Positions 54,428 to 64,000 of a stretch of 64,000 nt of DNA are shown here, in pieces. Source of the DNA: an uncultured Methanomassiliicoccales archaeon. Lineage in GTDB: Archaea > Thermoplasmatota > Thermoplasmata > Methanomassiliicoccales > UBA472. Both the position numbers and the translations under genes were made by a program. Under the pieces are notes generated by a model, which was given only the letters and a program-made list of their open reading frames with translations, searched no databases and was not told the origin of the DNA. Each line of letters starts with the position of its first letter. Positions within the stretch are counted from its first letter, which is position 1. The DNA lies in assembly GCA_963695345.1 (NCBI GenBank), contig OY968769.1, positions 1,792,001 to 1,856,000 of the forward strand, in the 5' to 3' direction.

Positions 54428-55768
54428 TCACTTTTCCCACGGAAACCTCTTATCCATCATTTTACTGAGGATTTCTTCGAATCCGGGCATGAGCAGTTCC
54501 CGGTGGTCGAAGACCTCTGTCTCTTCCATCTTTCTGAAAGCATTGCCCAATGCCGCGTCTTTGAATTTGTTCTGTAACAGTTTCGCCGCGTTGGGATTCT
54601 CTCGGTGGGCCAACACCGCCCATCTGCCGTCCTTGATGAAGGGGAGGCTTGCCCCCTCCTCTTGCCATCGTTCCAGGAATTTCACGGAATTCCCTACCCA
54701 GACCGGCGGGCCCATGTGGAGCGCGCATTCCGACAGTGTATCGGTCTCAAGCATGATGGCGAACGCTATCTTATCATCGACCAGATAAGCTTGGTCTATG
54801 ACATTGAACCCGTGTTGGGCCAGCAATCCGGCCAGTCCATCCATTGTCTTCTGGACCTGGGGATAAAGATTGTCATCGGTGAGGTCTGGACGAGGGGTCC
54901 TTATTCCAACGACCTTTGTCCCGAATCCATCTATCATGTTTACCAGATGATGCAAGGAGAAAGGCTCTCCCGGTTCTGGAAGGAAGAATCGCCGGTCCTG
55001 TTTTTTCGAATATTGCTGGCATGCGTAAACATAGGTGGCGAACGAGTTCGCCGACAAAGCGGAAGCCACGTTCCTGTTCGGGTCTACCGGGTCTATGAAT
55101 ACTAATGGGGAATTGAAGCTTTTTTTAGACTCTCCCGCCATAGAAAGGGCCATCCCCGAAGACCAGATCGCCCCCTCCTCGATAGTCGTTGAGAAGCTGC
55201 CGTATCTCAGTATGAGAAGCTCGGCAAGGTAGCCTGAGAAACCACAGACCTTAGCATCGGCCCCATAGACTCCAACTCCTTTCATGAACTGTTTCAATAG
55301 GCGGACATGGTCATGTTGCTCTGGTTGTAGGTGAGTGACTACATACTCGGTATGGAAAGGGGTCCTGTCCACCGCCGATTTGATATGCGAGGCGTCAGGC
55401 AGTTTATAACACGGAACAAGGTCCACCTGAAATCCTTTGAACAAACCATGGATGTACGGGTGTTCCGCATATCTTTCTTCCCCACCGATGACCTTGTGGC
55501 CGATTTCAAGGCCAACCTTTTCAAGCGTCGATCTAGGAGTATCTTTTGGGAATAGAATGAACACGTCGATGTCCGGATCGCCTACAAATGTGTCCTTGGC
55601 TACTGAACCGACGAGTCGAATATCGAGATCAAGAGGATATGTCGATGCAACCTCCCCCACTATGGTCATTAGATCTGAGGAGGCTTTGTTGACTCTTTCC
55701 CGGAGAAGACGGTCAGGAACGACGGCCTTCAGCATCTCTTTTTCTATTGACATTCCCTCCTCTATCAA
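54428..55768 (-). CDS. cca: CCA-adding enzyme (class I)
   Basis: VGSVAKDT...DIDVF, YAEHPY, SAVDRTPFH, GFSGYL, DPVDPNRNVA. Confidence 0.96.
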   Translation of the reverse strand: MIEEGMSIEKEMLKAVVPDRLLRERVNKASSDLMTIVGEVASTYPLDLDIRLVGSVAKDTFVGDPDIDVFILFPKDTPRSTLEKVGLEIGHKVIGGEERYAEHPYIHGLFKGFQVDLVPCYKLPDASHIKSAVDRTPFHTEYVVTHLQPEQHDHVRLLKQFMKGVGVYGADAKVCGFSGYLAELLILRYGSFSTTIEEGAIWSSGMALSMAGESKKSFNSPLVFIDPVDPNRNVASALSANSFATYVYACQQYSKKQDRRFFLPEPGEPFSLHHLVNMIDGFGTKVVGIRTPRPDLTDDNLYPQVQKTMDGLAGLLAQHGFNVIDQAYLVDDKIAFAIMLETDTLSECALHMGPPVWVGNSVKFLERWQEEGASLPFIKDGRWAVLAHRENPNAAKLLQNKFKDAALGNAFRKMEETEVFDHRELLMPGFEEILSKMMDKRFPWEK

Positions 55769-55826
55769 TTGACATCGGCTTAATGTTTTATGTTAAAAAA
55801 CACTAGAGAACCATGCAATTCTATTA

Positions 55827-55904
55827 TGGTATCCGGGACCGATGTGGTGGGGATTCGAAAAACTTTTCTTAGGAGGAAAGTTGAGTCACCGGACCCGAAC
55901 ACCA
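55827..55904 (-). ncRNA. Candidate structured sRNA, copy 2
   Basis: 5' TGGTGTTCGGGTCCGGTG pairs with 3' CATCGGTCCCGGATACCA using G-U pairs on this strand; inner hairpin AACTT-TCCTCCTAAGAA-AAGTT. Confidence 0.72.
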
Positions 55905-55926
55905 TTTTTTAACTAGAATATCGCAG

Positions 55927-55934
55927 ATATAAAA
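55927..55934 (-). promoter_or_regulatory. TATA box for candidate sRNA copy 2
   Basis: TTTTATAT on the - strand, 23 nt before the stem-opening GGTG. Confidence 0.6.
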
Positions 55935-56564
55935 GAATATTCTATCGAAGTATCGTAATGTCGGGAATATTTCGCTATTGATTAAGCCAACACGAAAAAC
56001 CAAGTCTGCCGTTCGCTCCTATCTCCATTTTTCCACCTTTCCCCATTGACGAGTAACATCGGTACCGTGAATCGTTCTTATGAAAGACCGCACATGGGGC
56101 AAAAATGAATCCAGTGTCTAGCCAGATGGTGCTTAGAAAAGACCGGTTTTGTTTTTTATTCGTTCTGTAGCATTACTTAATTCCCATTATCAATTTTGAT
56201 ACCAGCATATTATTGAATTGTGAGTTAGCGGTCATTTATAGTGTGTTAAGAGATTCTCTTTCAATAAGCATTCAAGAATGCCTGATCTTGTCGAGTTCAA
56301 TTCAACGACATCCTGGCTAGTGGGAAAAAAACCAACAATTGTCTCCATGATAAATTGCATTGCTAACTATTTATATATTTATAATTATAAACACTATATG
56401 TAATTATATTATCAGAATACATCCTATATGAAAATCAAATTGTTACCTTTGACTTTCAACGAATACTATCCAGTGTCGGTGGATGGATTATCCATCTAGC
56501 CCACTAATAAGTTATAATGTGAATCAATATATTAATAATATTTATATATATATAATGCCTAAAC

Positions 56565-56628
56565 AAAAGGTTAATATACCCTGAAAAGCAACTACATTAT
56601 TGCGACTCCGGAGAAATCCGGGATTGCA
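56565..56628 (+). promoter_or_regulatory. mtaCB promoter and 5' leader hairpin
   Basis: AAAAGG-TTAATATA BRE/TATA, then TGCGACTCCGGA-GAAA-TCCGGGATTGCA stem-loop. Confidence 0.55.
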
Positions 56629-56658
56629 GTTTGGAGGAGTTATTAGGGGTGTCGAAAA

Positions 56659-57444
56659 ATGATTGACATATCTAGTGTAAACTACGACATGGTCTTTAAG
56701 CGCTACGACATACTCGTAGAGGCTAAAGAGAAGCCAGAAGACATCGCGGCTAAGATCTTGCCGAAGGACGCGTTGCTGAAGAAAGTCGCTGAAGACGTTG
56801 TTTTCATGAAGTACAAGGACGTCGAAGCGGATGTAAAAGCAGCCTTGGCCAAGTTTAGCCCCGAAGAGCTAGTCGAGAAGGGACTCCTGAAGGGAATGGA
56901 TGTCGTCAGCGAGCTGTACGGAAGGGGTATCTACTACCTGCCGCACGTCATGGTCGCCGCCGACGCATTCGACAGGGGAATCAAGCTCGCCGAGAAGAGC
57001 ATGAAGGGAGACCGCGTCATGAAGGGCAACGTTGTCATGATGGTCGCCGAGGGTGACCCGCACGACATCGGCAAGAACATTGCAGCCGTCATGCTAAGAT
57101 CCCACGGATACGGAGTCGTCGACATGGGCAGAGATGTTCCAGTTGATGATGTTGTGAAGCAGGTCGAAGAGAGCAAGCCGGACCTCGTAACCGGAACCGC
57201 ACTCATGACCACCACCATGTCCGCATTCCCGAAGGTTGCCGAGAGGCTCATCGAGAAGGGAATAGAGATCCCGTTCATCTGCGCCGGCGGTGCAGTGAAC
57301 AGGTCATTCGTAGAGTCCTACCCGCTCGGTATCTACGCCGTTGCAGCAGCACAAGGCCCTGGACTTGCCGACAAGGCAATCGAAGGCTGGGACTGGAAGA
57401 AGATTCGCTCCAAGTGGGACGACATCACAAGCGGGAAGGCGTAA
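56659..57444 (+). CDS. mtaC: Methanol corrinoid protein
   Basis: EGDPHDIGKN B12 motif, DMGRDVP, GTALMTTTM, GGAV; directly upstream of mtaB. Confidence 0.93.
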   Translation: MIDISSVNYDMVFKRYDILVEAKEKPEDIAAKILPKDALLKKVAEDVVFMKYKDVEADVKAALAKFSPEELVEKGLLKGMDVVSELYGRGIYYLPHVMVAADAFDRGIKLAEKSMKGDRVMKGNVVMMVAEGDPHDIGKNIAAVMLRSHGYGVVDMGRDVPVDDVVKQVEESKPDLVTGTALMTTTMSAFPKVAERLIEKGIEIPFICAGGAVNRSFVESYPLGIYAVAAAQGPGLADKAIEGWDWKKIRSKWDDITSGKA

Positions 57445-57461
57445 ATTGGGGGTGACAAAAC

Positions 57462-58868
57462 ATGGCAGTAAAGAGATTCACAAAGATGGAAACGAAGAGC
57501 GCGGACGACCTCGTCTTCGGTGACGCGAAATACCCGGTATCATACGGTCTCGGAATGAAGGCCGGTGCGGGATTCGTCGTACCAGAGATCAACTTCGCCC
57601 CAAGGCCCGGCGCTGAGAAGAACCCGGACACCCTGAGGCGCGAGTACGTCGACTACATCACCAAGGACATAATGGACAGGGCAGTAACCCTCGGTTTCCC
57701 AGCAGTTCAGCTGGAGAACGAGTGGATCTACCAACTCGGCAACGAGCCAGAAAAGTTCGCCAAGCCAGTTGTCGCAGGCCAGAAGGAGTGCATGAAGAAG
57801 TACCACGATGAGTACGGCATTGCAACCGCCATCAGGCACACCCTGCCTGACATGAGAGAGGCCGAGAAGGGCCTGAGGGAAGGCATGGACAAGAAATCCT
57901 CCTACCCGGAGAAGGTCATCGAGTCCATCGAAGTCGCAGCCAAGAACGGCGCCGATGTGCTCTCGATCGAATCCATGGGTGGCAAGGAAATGTCCGACTA
58001 CGGTATCCTGCACCAGGATATCCGCGCATGGCTCTTCGGTATCGGCTACCTGGGCTCCATCGACATGGAGTACATGTGGACCAAGATCGTGGACATCGCC
58101 AAGAAGAACAAGGTCATCGCCGGCGGAGACACAAACTGCGCAGGCGCCAACACCTCGATGTTCATGGCCGGTGGCTACCTGGACAAGGATATCCCGAGGA
58201 CCTTCGCGGCTACAACCCGCTGCATCGCTTCCGCCAGAACCCTGGTGGCAATCGAGTGCGGTGCAACTGGCCCGGACAAGGACTGCGGCTATGAAGGCCC
58301 GATCCTGAAGGCAATCTCTGGACGCCCATCCGCCCAAGAGGGAAAGGGAGCCCAGGACGCACATGCTGACCTGATGGGTAACCTGATCGCCTCGACCTGC
58401 GACCTGTGGTCCAACGAGTCGGTTGAATACCACCCAGAGTTCGGTGGCTCATCCGTACAGTGCTGGCTCGGAGTCATAGGATACGAAGCCGCCTTGATGA
58501 ACACCGCCAAGCAGCTGAAGCAGGACAAGGTCCTCAGGGACTTGTACGCAGCCTGTGACTCATACAGGAGCCCGGAAGGCTTCTGCCTGAGGTACGACAA
58601 CGCCTACAAGATCGGTGAGGCAATTGTCGCAGAAGGCGACAGCACCTACCTGCGGTCAAGGGCAGCCGGTATCAAGGCAGCCGAGTTGATCGCGGAGTCC
58701 GCCAAGACCAAGAACGGCCTGAAGCTCTCCAAGCACGAGAGCGACATGCTGAACAAGGTCATGACCGACCTGAAGGCCCTGCCGGACGAGGAAGCCAAGT
58801 TCGTCGACCAGTGCCTCAAGGCCTACAAGGACGTCCAGGCGTTCAACCCGAAGAACTACGAGTTGTAA
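57462..58868 (+). CDS. mtaB: Methanol:corrinoid methyltransferase
   Basis: PEINFAPR, SIESMGGKE, GGDTNC, GPDKDCGYE, CDLWSNESV. Confidence 0.95.
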   Translation: MAVKRFTKMETKSADDLVFGDAKYPVSYGLGMKAGAGFVVPEINFAPRPGAEKNPDTLRREYVDYITKDIMDRAVTLGFPAVQLENEWIYQLGNEPEKFAKPVVAGQKECMKKYHDEYGIATAIRHTLPDMREAEKGLREGMDKKSSYPEKVIESIEVAAKNGADVLSIESMGGKEMSDYGILHQDIRAWLFGIGYLGSIDMEYMWTKIVDIAKKNKVIAGGDTNCAGANTSMFMAGGYLDKDIPRTFAATTRCIASARTLVAIECGATGPDKDCGYEGPILKAISGRPSAQEGKGAQDAHADLMGNLIASTCDLWSNESVEYHPEFGGSSVQCWLGVIGYEAALMNTAKQLKQDKVLRDLYAACDSYRSPEGFCLRYDNAYKIGEAIVAEGDSTYLRSRAAGIKAAELIAESAKTKNGLKLSKHESDMLNKVMTDLKALPDEEAKFVDQCLKAYKDVQAFNPKNYEL

Positions 58869-58902
58869 GCGTGGAGTGATATCCCTTCCAAACCTTTTCA
58901 AA

Positions 58903-58928
58903 TCCTTTTCTTTTTTTTAGATTTTTTA
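58903..58928 (+). terminator. Oligo-U terminator after mtaB
   Basis: Consecutive T runs about 35 nt after the stop codon. Confidence 0.6.
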
Positions 58929-59045
58929 TGTCCCTATCCACTGTGGATGTTGTCGTACGACATGAAGATTGACCACATACAGAATCAATAGAAGTATTGT
59001 GAGAAAAATGGGTCTTAAAGGGTTTGTTACACGCAGCTGGGAGGA

Positions 59046-60686
59046 TTACTTCTTTGCCACTCTCGTGCTCCTCAAGCCCTTGAACTTGAATACCTTCTCA
59101 GGACAGCCGCGCTCACAACGCAGGCAAGCGGTACCATTGCACAGGTCTGATGAGACCGTGATCTCTGGCTCTCCGCTTGCACCCTTCTCGACCGTCAACG
59201 CCCTTTCCGGGCAGTTCTCCACGCACTTCATACATGAAATGCATCCATCGAATGTGCCCTTCAGTTTCGTCCCGATATCTGTGAGTATCTTCAAGCCCTT
59301 GTCACCCAGGACAGGTATGTCCCGCTGCACGATCTTGAACACCTTTGCCTCACGGAAAGTCTCCGGGAGGGGCTGAATGCCCATGCTCTGGATGAAGAAA
59401 TTGTAGGAAGAGAGCGGCATTCCCTCTTGCCAAAGGGCGAGCTCTTGGATATAGAGCGTCTCGAACACCTTGTCGGTTGCGAACATGATGTGGTTGGACC
59501 GGATGCTGTGTGCCATTTCCTGCAGCGTTTCCATCAGGTTCGGGTCCTTGACGATATCCGTGGCCATGGCTAGGGATGTGTTGCCAACCTGGTAGATGTT
59601 CTTCGGGGTCGGCGGCAACAGTCCTACTCTCTGAGCCTTGAGCGCGTCCACATACGTCCCGGACGCACCACTCATGTACATGCTGTCCAGGTCGTCGAAG
59701 GTGATGCCTGCTTTCTCCAGCAGGGTGAAGTGTCCGGCCCTCATGGCACCGAAAGCCTTCGCCGCTTCCTGGAAGTCATGGTCATCGATGAATACGCCGT
59801 CCTGAAGGTGCAGCTTTCCGTCATCTGTCAGGATGTGCGGTGCCTTGATCAAGCCAGTATCCAGACCGGTGGCGATGGCAGCAATGACACCGGTGCCGGT
59901 GACTCCTCGGGACCGTCCGTGCATGTTGCCTTCCTCCACAACATCTCCGGAGGTCGGGTCCACCTTGTCCCCATCGACAGGCATTAGTGTGTCGTCCAGG
60001 ACTTTACAGCGCCAGTGACCTTCGTAGTCGATATCGGATATCGCACCAGGTGAAGCAAGCATACCGAAATGGATTGCCTGCCCTTCCATCGCCGGACCGG
60101 CGGCAGCGGATCCGGTATAGATCTCATCGCCCACTTTCAGCGCCATTTCGGCGTTAGTTCCATAGTCAGTGACAAGGCACGGCTCTTTTCGGTCTAGCAG
60201 GCCGGTCTTGAACATCATGGCGAGCGCGTCAGCACCAATCTCATGAGCTATCGACGGGGGAACATAGACCTGCGCGTCAGGTCCTCCCAGTTCGATACCG
60301 ATAGCTTCCGAGGACATGATGCGTGCGTCACGTTTCTGAGGTGTAACGCCCTTTGACTTCAGCGATCTCTCTCCCACGAAGGCCAAGTCCCTGAGCTCCA
60401 TGTTCTGGAATATGGAAAGCTGGATGGGGTTGCCGCACACAGCCATCCTTTCAACCTTCTTCAGGTCGATCTCCAGCAACCTGATGAGACGGTTGATGGT
60501 CTCTATCATCAATTCATTGGCCAGGTTCTGATCTACTTCTATGCAGTAGGTCAGGTGGTCCATGACGTTCGCTCCTGGTACCGGATGCCTGACGGTCATG
60601 GCCGTCGAGATGATCTCTTTCGTGTCCAGGTCCAGCGCATGCACTCTTGTTCCGCTTGTGCCAACATCTATTGATATTCCAAACAT
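59046..60686 (-). CDS. ramA: Corrinoid protein reductive activase, RamA family
   Basis: IDVGTSG, HPVPGANVMDHL, TDYGTNAE, GSAAAGPA; C-terminal two 4Fe-4S motifs. Confidence 0.92.
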   Translation of the reverse strand: MFGISIDVGTSGTRVHALDLDTKEIISTAMTVRHPVPGANVMDHLTYCIEVDQNLANELMIETINRLIRLLEIDLKKVERMAVCGNPIQLSIFQNMELRDLAFVGERSLKSKGVTPQKRDARIMSSEAIGIELGGPDAQVYVPPSIAHEIGADALAMMFKTGLLDRKEPCLVTDYGTNAEMALKVGDEIYTGSAAAGPAMEGQAIHFGMLASPGAISDIDYEGHWRCKVLDDTLMPVDGDKVDPTSGDVVEEGNMHGRSRGVTGTGVIAAIATGLDTGLIKAPHILTDDGKLHLQDGVFIDDHDFQEAAKAFGAMRAGHFTLLEKAGITFDDLDSMYMSGASGTYVDALKAQRVGLLPPTPKNIYQVGNTSLAMATDIVKDPNLMETLQEMAHSIRSNHIMFATDKVFETLYIQELALWQEGMPLSSYNFFIQSMGIQPLPETFREAKVFKIVQRDIPVLGDKGLKILTDIGTKLKGTFDGCISCMKCVENCPERALTVEKGASGEPEITVSSDLCNGTACLRCERGCPEKVFKFKGLRSTRVAKK

Positions 60687-60690
60687 GGTT

Positions 60691-61119
60691 TCACTCCCCG
60701 TCCTCATGGCAATGATCGTGGTCTTCGTGCTCTGCCACATCAATGTCCAAGACCTTCCTCAGGTCCTCGATCCGTTTCTCGATGATCTCCTCCACATGGT
60801 GATCATCCACGCCCACGACGGCGGCCATGACCTTGATGGTCCCGCCCGTGATGCGATCCGATTTGATCTCATCGCCGATATCGATTCCAAGTTCACTGTC
60901 CACGATATTGAACCTAACGAATCCGTCATCCACGCGGGCAAAAGCCTTGACATGGCCGATCAATCCGCCCTTTCTCGATTCGACGTCCTTGGCGACTGAC
61001 ATCAGAAAATGACCCAACTCTTCCACGAACCTGTCCTTTTTCATATTGTCGGTCGTGAAGGTTATCTCGACCCCGAACGTGCCCGCCTCCGCCAAAGCCT
61101 TGGAGTCATCATCGTTCAC
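60691..61119 (-). CDS. Hypothetical protein with His/acidic C-terminal tail
   Basis: IGHVK motif and tail HEDHDHCHEDGE; translationally coupled to the CobW gene. Confidence 0.75.
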   Translation of the reverse strand: MNDDDSKALAEAGTFGVEITFTTDNMKKDRFVEELGHFLMSVAKDVESRKGGLIGHVKAFARVDDGFVRFNIVDSELGIDIGDEIKSDRITGGTIKVMAAVVGVDDHHVEEIIEKRIEDLRKVLDIDVAEHEDHDHCHEDGE

Positions 61120-61718
61120 AGCGTTGCCTCCTCGGCGATTGTGTCTGCGATTTCGTCCAGGCCCCTTTCCTCCTTGGCCGAGATATCCATGATCCGTCCT
61201 TTCGCATTGAGGGAGGACACCAGATCCTTTACCTCGCGGAGGGTGGTCTCGTTGACCAGCTCAATCTTGTTGATGACGATCATGTCCTCGCCCTCGATCT
61301 GTCTGCGGAAGAAGAGCTCGCATTCCCGGTGTATCTTCTGGGCCCTAAATGCGTCGACTATGACCATGCCATAGCTCTTTTCGGCATGGATCATGGACCT
61401 ACGCACGATATCGTTGATCTTGTTGGGCAGGGCCACACCGGTGGGCTCGATGAAGATCACGTCTGGTTTGTATTCCCTGGCGATGGTCTGCAGTGTATTC
61501 ATCAGGCTGCCAGATAAGGAGCAGCATATGCATCCTTCGGTCAGCTCGACGCTTTTAAGCCCGTAGGCGTCTATGACCGCCCCGTCCACGCCGACCTCTC
61601 CGAGCTCGTTGACCACGACCGCTACTCGTTTCTTTTTTTCTCCCAACCTTTTAGCGAGCTTAATCAGCAGAGTGGTCTTCCCGCTGCCCAGGAAGCCAGA
61701 TATCAGACAGACCATCAT
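61116..61718 (-). CDS. CobW/COG0523 family metallochaperone GTPase
   Basis: GFLGSGKTT, NELGEVGVDG, GCICC, IEPTG, INK. Confidence 0.9.
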   Translation of the reverse strand: MMVCLISGFLGSGKTTLLIKLAKRLGEKKKRVAVVVNELGEVGVDGAVIDAYGLKSVELTEGCICCSLSGSLMNTLQTIAREYKPDVIFIEPTGVALPNKINDIVRRSMIHAEKSYGMVIVDAFRAQKIHRECELFFRRQIEGEDMIVINKIELVNETTLREVKDLVSSLNAKGRIMDISAKEERGLDEIADTIAEEATL

Positions 61719-61891
61719 TGGCCGAACAAATCGTCAGGAGCGCATTTATAACTTTTCTACCCAGCCATGGAAAAGGCAGGCAAGTTATGACAAACGCCCA
61801 TTGCCAAATTGGCGTTAGGGCATTATTGCGGAAAAACTGACCTACGTCTGGAAACCCTTATTATCGGTGTTACGCATTCACCTGGACAACA

Positions 61892-62737
61892 TCAGAGATC
61901 GACGTTACTATCGATCTTCTCTTCGTCCAGGTCCGGTTCCGTCTGTTCTCCGTTCTTCGATACCCGGATCACTTTGCCGACATGGATATTCATGAGGTCT
62001 TCCGCCGCGACCGTTCGAACACCGGAGTTATCCTCGATGAACGATGCCTGGCGGTCGGCCCCCTCATGCACCAGCTTAGCCCCGAAGTGCGTCAGGATGA
62101 TCATCTGCGGGCGCAGCATCTGGGCGATCTCCAGTGCATCCTCCGTACAGATATGATTGGATACACGTGACTTAAGCGGGCGGGTCAGGCATAGGATGAT
62201 TATGCGCGATCCCGCATGCTGTTTTATGACCTCATAGTCGAACTCGGTATCGCTCATGTACGATACGTCCCCGTTCTGAGTACTGAGCACGAAACCGACT
62301 CCAGACGGGTCGCTGTGCCGGGTGCTGGTGGCCCTAACCTCCATCGAACCGATGTTGAACGTGTCGCCGCCCTTGACCGAGAGGACCTTCTCCGGGATCG
62401 AGCGGTGGTAGCTGGAAATTGCTGGTCCATGTCCCTCGTAGCCATCGAGGACGCTCTGCGAGCCCACCACCAAACCCCTCTTCTTCAAGCCCCCGCGGGT
62501 CATGCCCTCGACCAGGACCTCAGCATCCGAATAGTGGTCTGGATGACAATGGGATATGAGCAACGCGTCAGTCTTGGCCGGGTCCAGATGCAGCCGGCTC
62601 ATGTTATAGAGAGCGGTCGGGCCAGGATCGATATGGACCTTCGCCACATCCTTTACATAAAGACCCCCGGTAGCTCGCACCTGGTAGATCGTGGCGAACC
62701 TTCCTCCGCCGGTGCCCAGGAACGTCAAAGTCGTCAT
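61892..62737 (-). CDS. MBL-fold metallo-hydrolase
   Basis: FLGTGGGR, DPGP, SHCHPDH, THFG. Confidence 0.88.
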   Translation of the reverse strand: MTTLTFLGTGGGRFATIYQVRATGGLYVKDVAKVHIDPGPTALYNMSRLHLDPAKTDALLISHCHPDHYSDAEVLVEGMTRGGLKKRGLVVGSQSVLDGYEGHGPAISSYHRSIPEKVLSVKGGDTFNIGSMEVRATSTRHSDPSGVGFVLSTQNGDVSYMSDTEFDYEVIKQHAGSRIIILCLTRPLKSRVSNHICTEDALEIAQMLRPQMIILTHFGAKLVHEGADRQASFIEDNSGVRTVAAEDLMNIHVGKVIRVSKNGEQTEPDLDEEKIDSNVDL

Positions 62738-62862
62738 GTAACCACAAAAATCCGATTATGGTCCCCCAGCCCTTCCGATTGCTTGAATCTTTCGGATGGT
62801 ACGCTGATTTGTGAACTCCAACAAGGATTATCTATTTCAGATAGGATAACGAGCCGATCCGG

Positions 62863-64000
62863 ATGACCACGCTGATCAAGAACGCTCACATTGTGACCCA
62901 GAATGCGAAACGGGAGATTTTGAAAGGTGACATCCTGGTCGATAAGGGAAGGATCGAGGCGATCGGGAAGATATCCGACTCCGCTGACCGGGAGATCGAT
63001 GCGAAGGGCGACGTCGTAATCCCCGGCCTGATCAATACTCACAGTCATGTGGCCATGGCAACGATGAAGGCGGTGGCGGACGACGTAACATTCCCGAACT
63101 TTCTGGACCGGGTTTTCGCGTTGGACTCGAAGCGAACGGAAAAGGACATCAAGGCAGGAGCGGCCCTCGGATGCCTGGAGATGATCCGTTCTGGCACGAC
63201 ATCGTTCGTTGATCTGTACTATTCGGAGGACGTGATCGGAAAGGTAGTGGAGCAGTCCGGCCTGAGAGGTCTTCTCTGCTGGGCGGTGCTGGATGTTGAA
63301 TACACGACCCAGAAGGGAGTCCCTCTGGACAACTGCAAGAGGTTCTGCGAGCAGTTCAAGGACAGCACGAGGGTGATTCCTGGCATTGGGTTGCAAGGGG
63401 TCTATGTGTGTTCGACCGATACTCTTGTCTCATCGAACGAGTACTCTGAGAGCAGCGGCAGGCGGATGACGTTCCACCTTTCAGAAACACGAAAGGAGGT
63501 CTATGACCTTAAGAAGAAGGAAGGTCTGCGGCCCGCAGAATATCTGGCCAAGATCGGGGTTCTCAACGAACGGTGCATCGCGGCGCATTCGGCTTGGTTG
63601 ACGATCAATGAGGTAAAGATACTGGGCAGGGAGAAGGTATCTGTCTCCACTTGTCCTGTTTCGAACATGAAGCTCGCCACCGGGGGCGTGGCGCCAATTC
63701 CTGAAATGCTCCAGAACGAAGTTAACGTTTCGATCGGCACCGACGGCAGCACAACGAACAATAGCCTCGACTTGTTCGGGGAGATGAAGACACTGTCACT
63801 GCTGCAGAAGGCTTCCCGATGGGACCCGACCGTTCTGCCTTCTCAGCAGGTATTAGATTTCGCGACACTGGGCGGGGCCAAGGCGCTCGGCCTTTCAGAC
63901 CAGATCGGGTCCATCGAGGTCGGAAAGAGGGCAGACCTGGTGATCATGGACGGCAGGTCACCCTGCCTAAGGCCGATGCTGCCGGAGAACATCGTCTCCA
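62863..64000 (+). CDS. Amidohydrolase, MTA/SAH or 5'-deoxyadenosine deaminase family (3' end outside the window)
   Basis: MTTLIKNA..., PGLINTHSH, HLSET, CPVSNMKL, GTDG, GSIEVGKRAD; not in the ORF track because no stop is reached. Confidence 0.9.
   Translation, partial: MTTLIKNAHIVTQNAKREILKGDILVDKGRIEAIGKISDSADREIDAKGDVVIPGLINTHSHVAMATMKAVADDVTFPNFLDRVFALDSKRTEKDIKAGAALGCLEMIRSGTTSFVDLYYSEDVIGKVVEQSGLRGLLCWAVLDVEYTTQKGVPLDNCKRFCEQFKDSTRVIPGIGLQGVYVCSTDTLVSSNEYSESSGRRMTFHLSETRKEVYDLKKKEGLRPAEYLAKIGVLNERCIAAHSAWLTINEVKILGREKVSVSTCPVSNMKLATGGVAPIPEMLQNEVNVSIGTDGSTTNNSLDLFGEMKTLSLLQKASRWDPTVLPSQQVLDFATLGGAKALGLSDQIGSIEVGKRADLVIMDGRSPCLRPMLPENIVS

Overview
Archaeal chromosomal window, most likely from a Methanomassiliicoccales-type methylotrophic methanogen (inferred from mtaCB/ramA, archaeal lipid synthases, radA, NAC, class I CCA enzyme). 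It is mostly housekeeping: glmS/glmU, glpABC, mptA, gatCAB with a bacterial-type aspS, glnA, porGDAB/ppsA, hisS, GGGP/DGGGP synthases, trmG10, radA, cca, tRNA-iMet and tRNA-Asp. Many conserved genes carry single-base frameshifts that look like long-read assembly errors. The main unexplained signal is a two-copy ~80-nt structured non-coding element at 34541-34623 (+) and 55827-55904 (-). Each copy has its own TATA box, a long terminal stem and an inner hairpin showing an anti-Shine-Dalgarno UCCUCCU sequence, and the copies differ by compensatory base changes: a candidate undescribed sibling sRNA family. Other points of interest are a tandem CARF-wHTH pair with no CRISPR in the window, an SPFH protein with four N-terminal repeats, a CobW/His-rich/RamA operon, an orphan PD-(D/E)xK protein and a nikR/znuB deletion scar. 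All family assignments come from motif recognition by eye; no database search was run.
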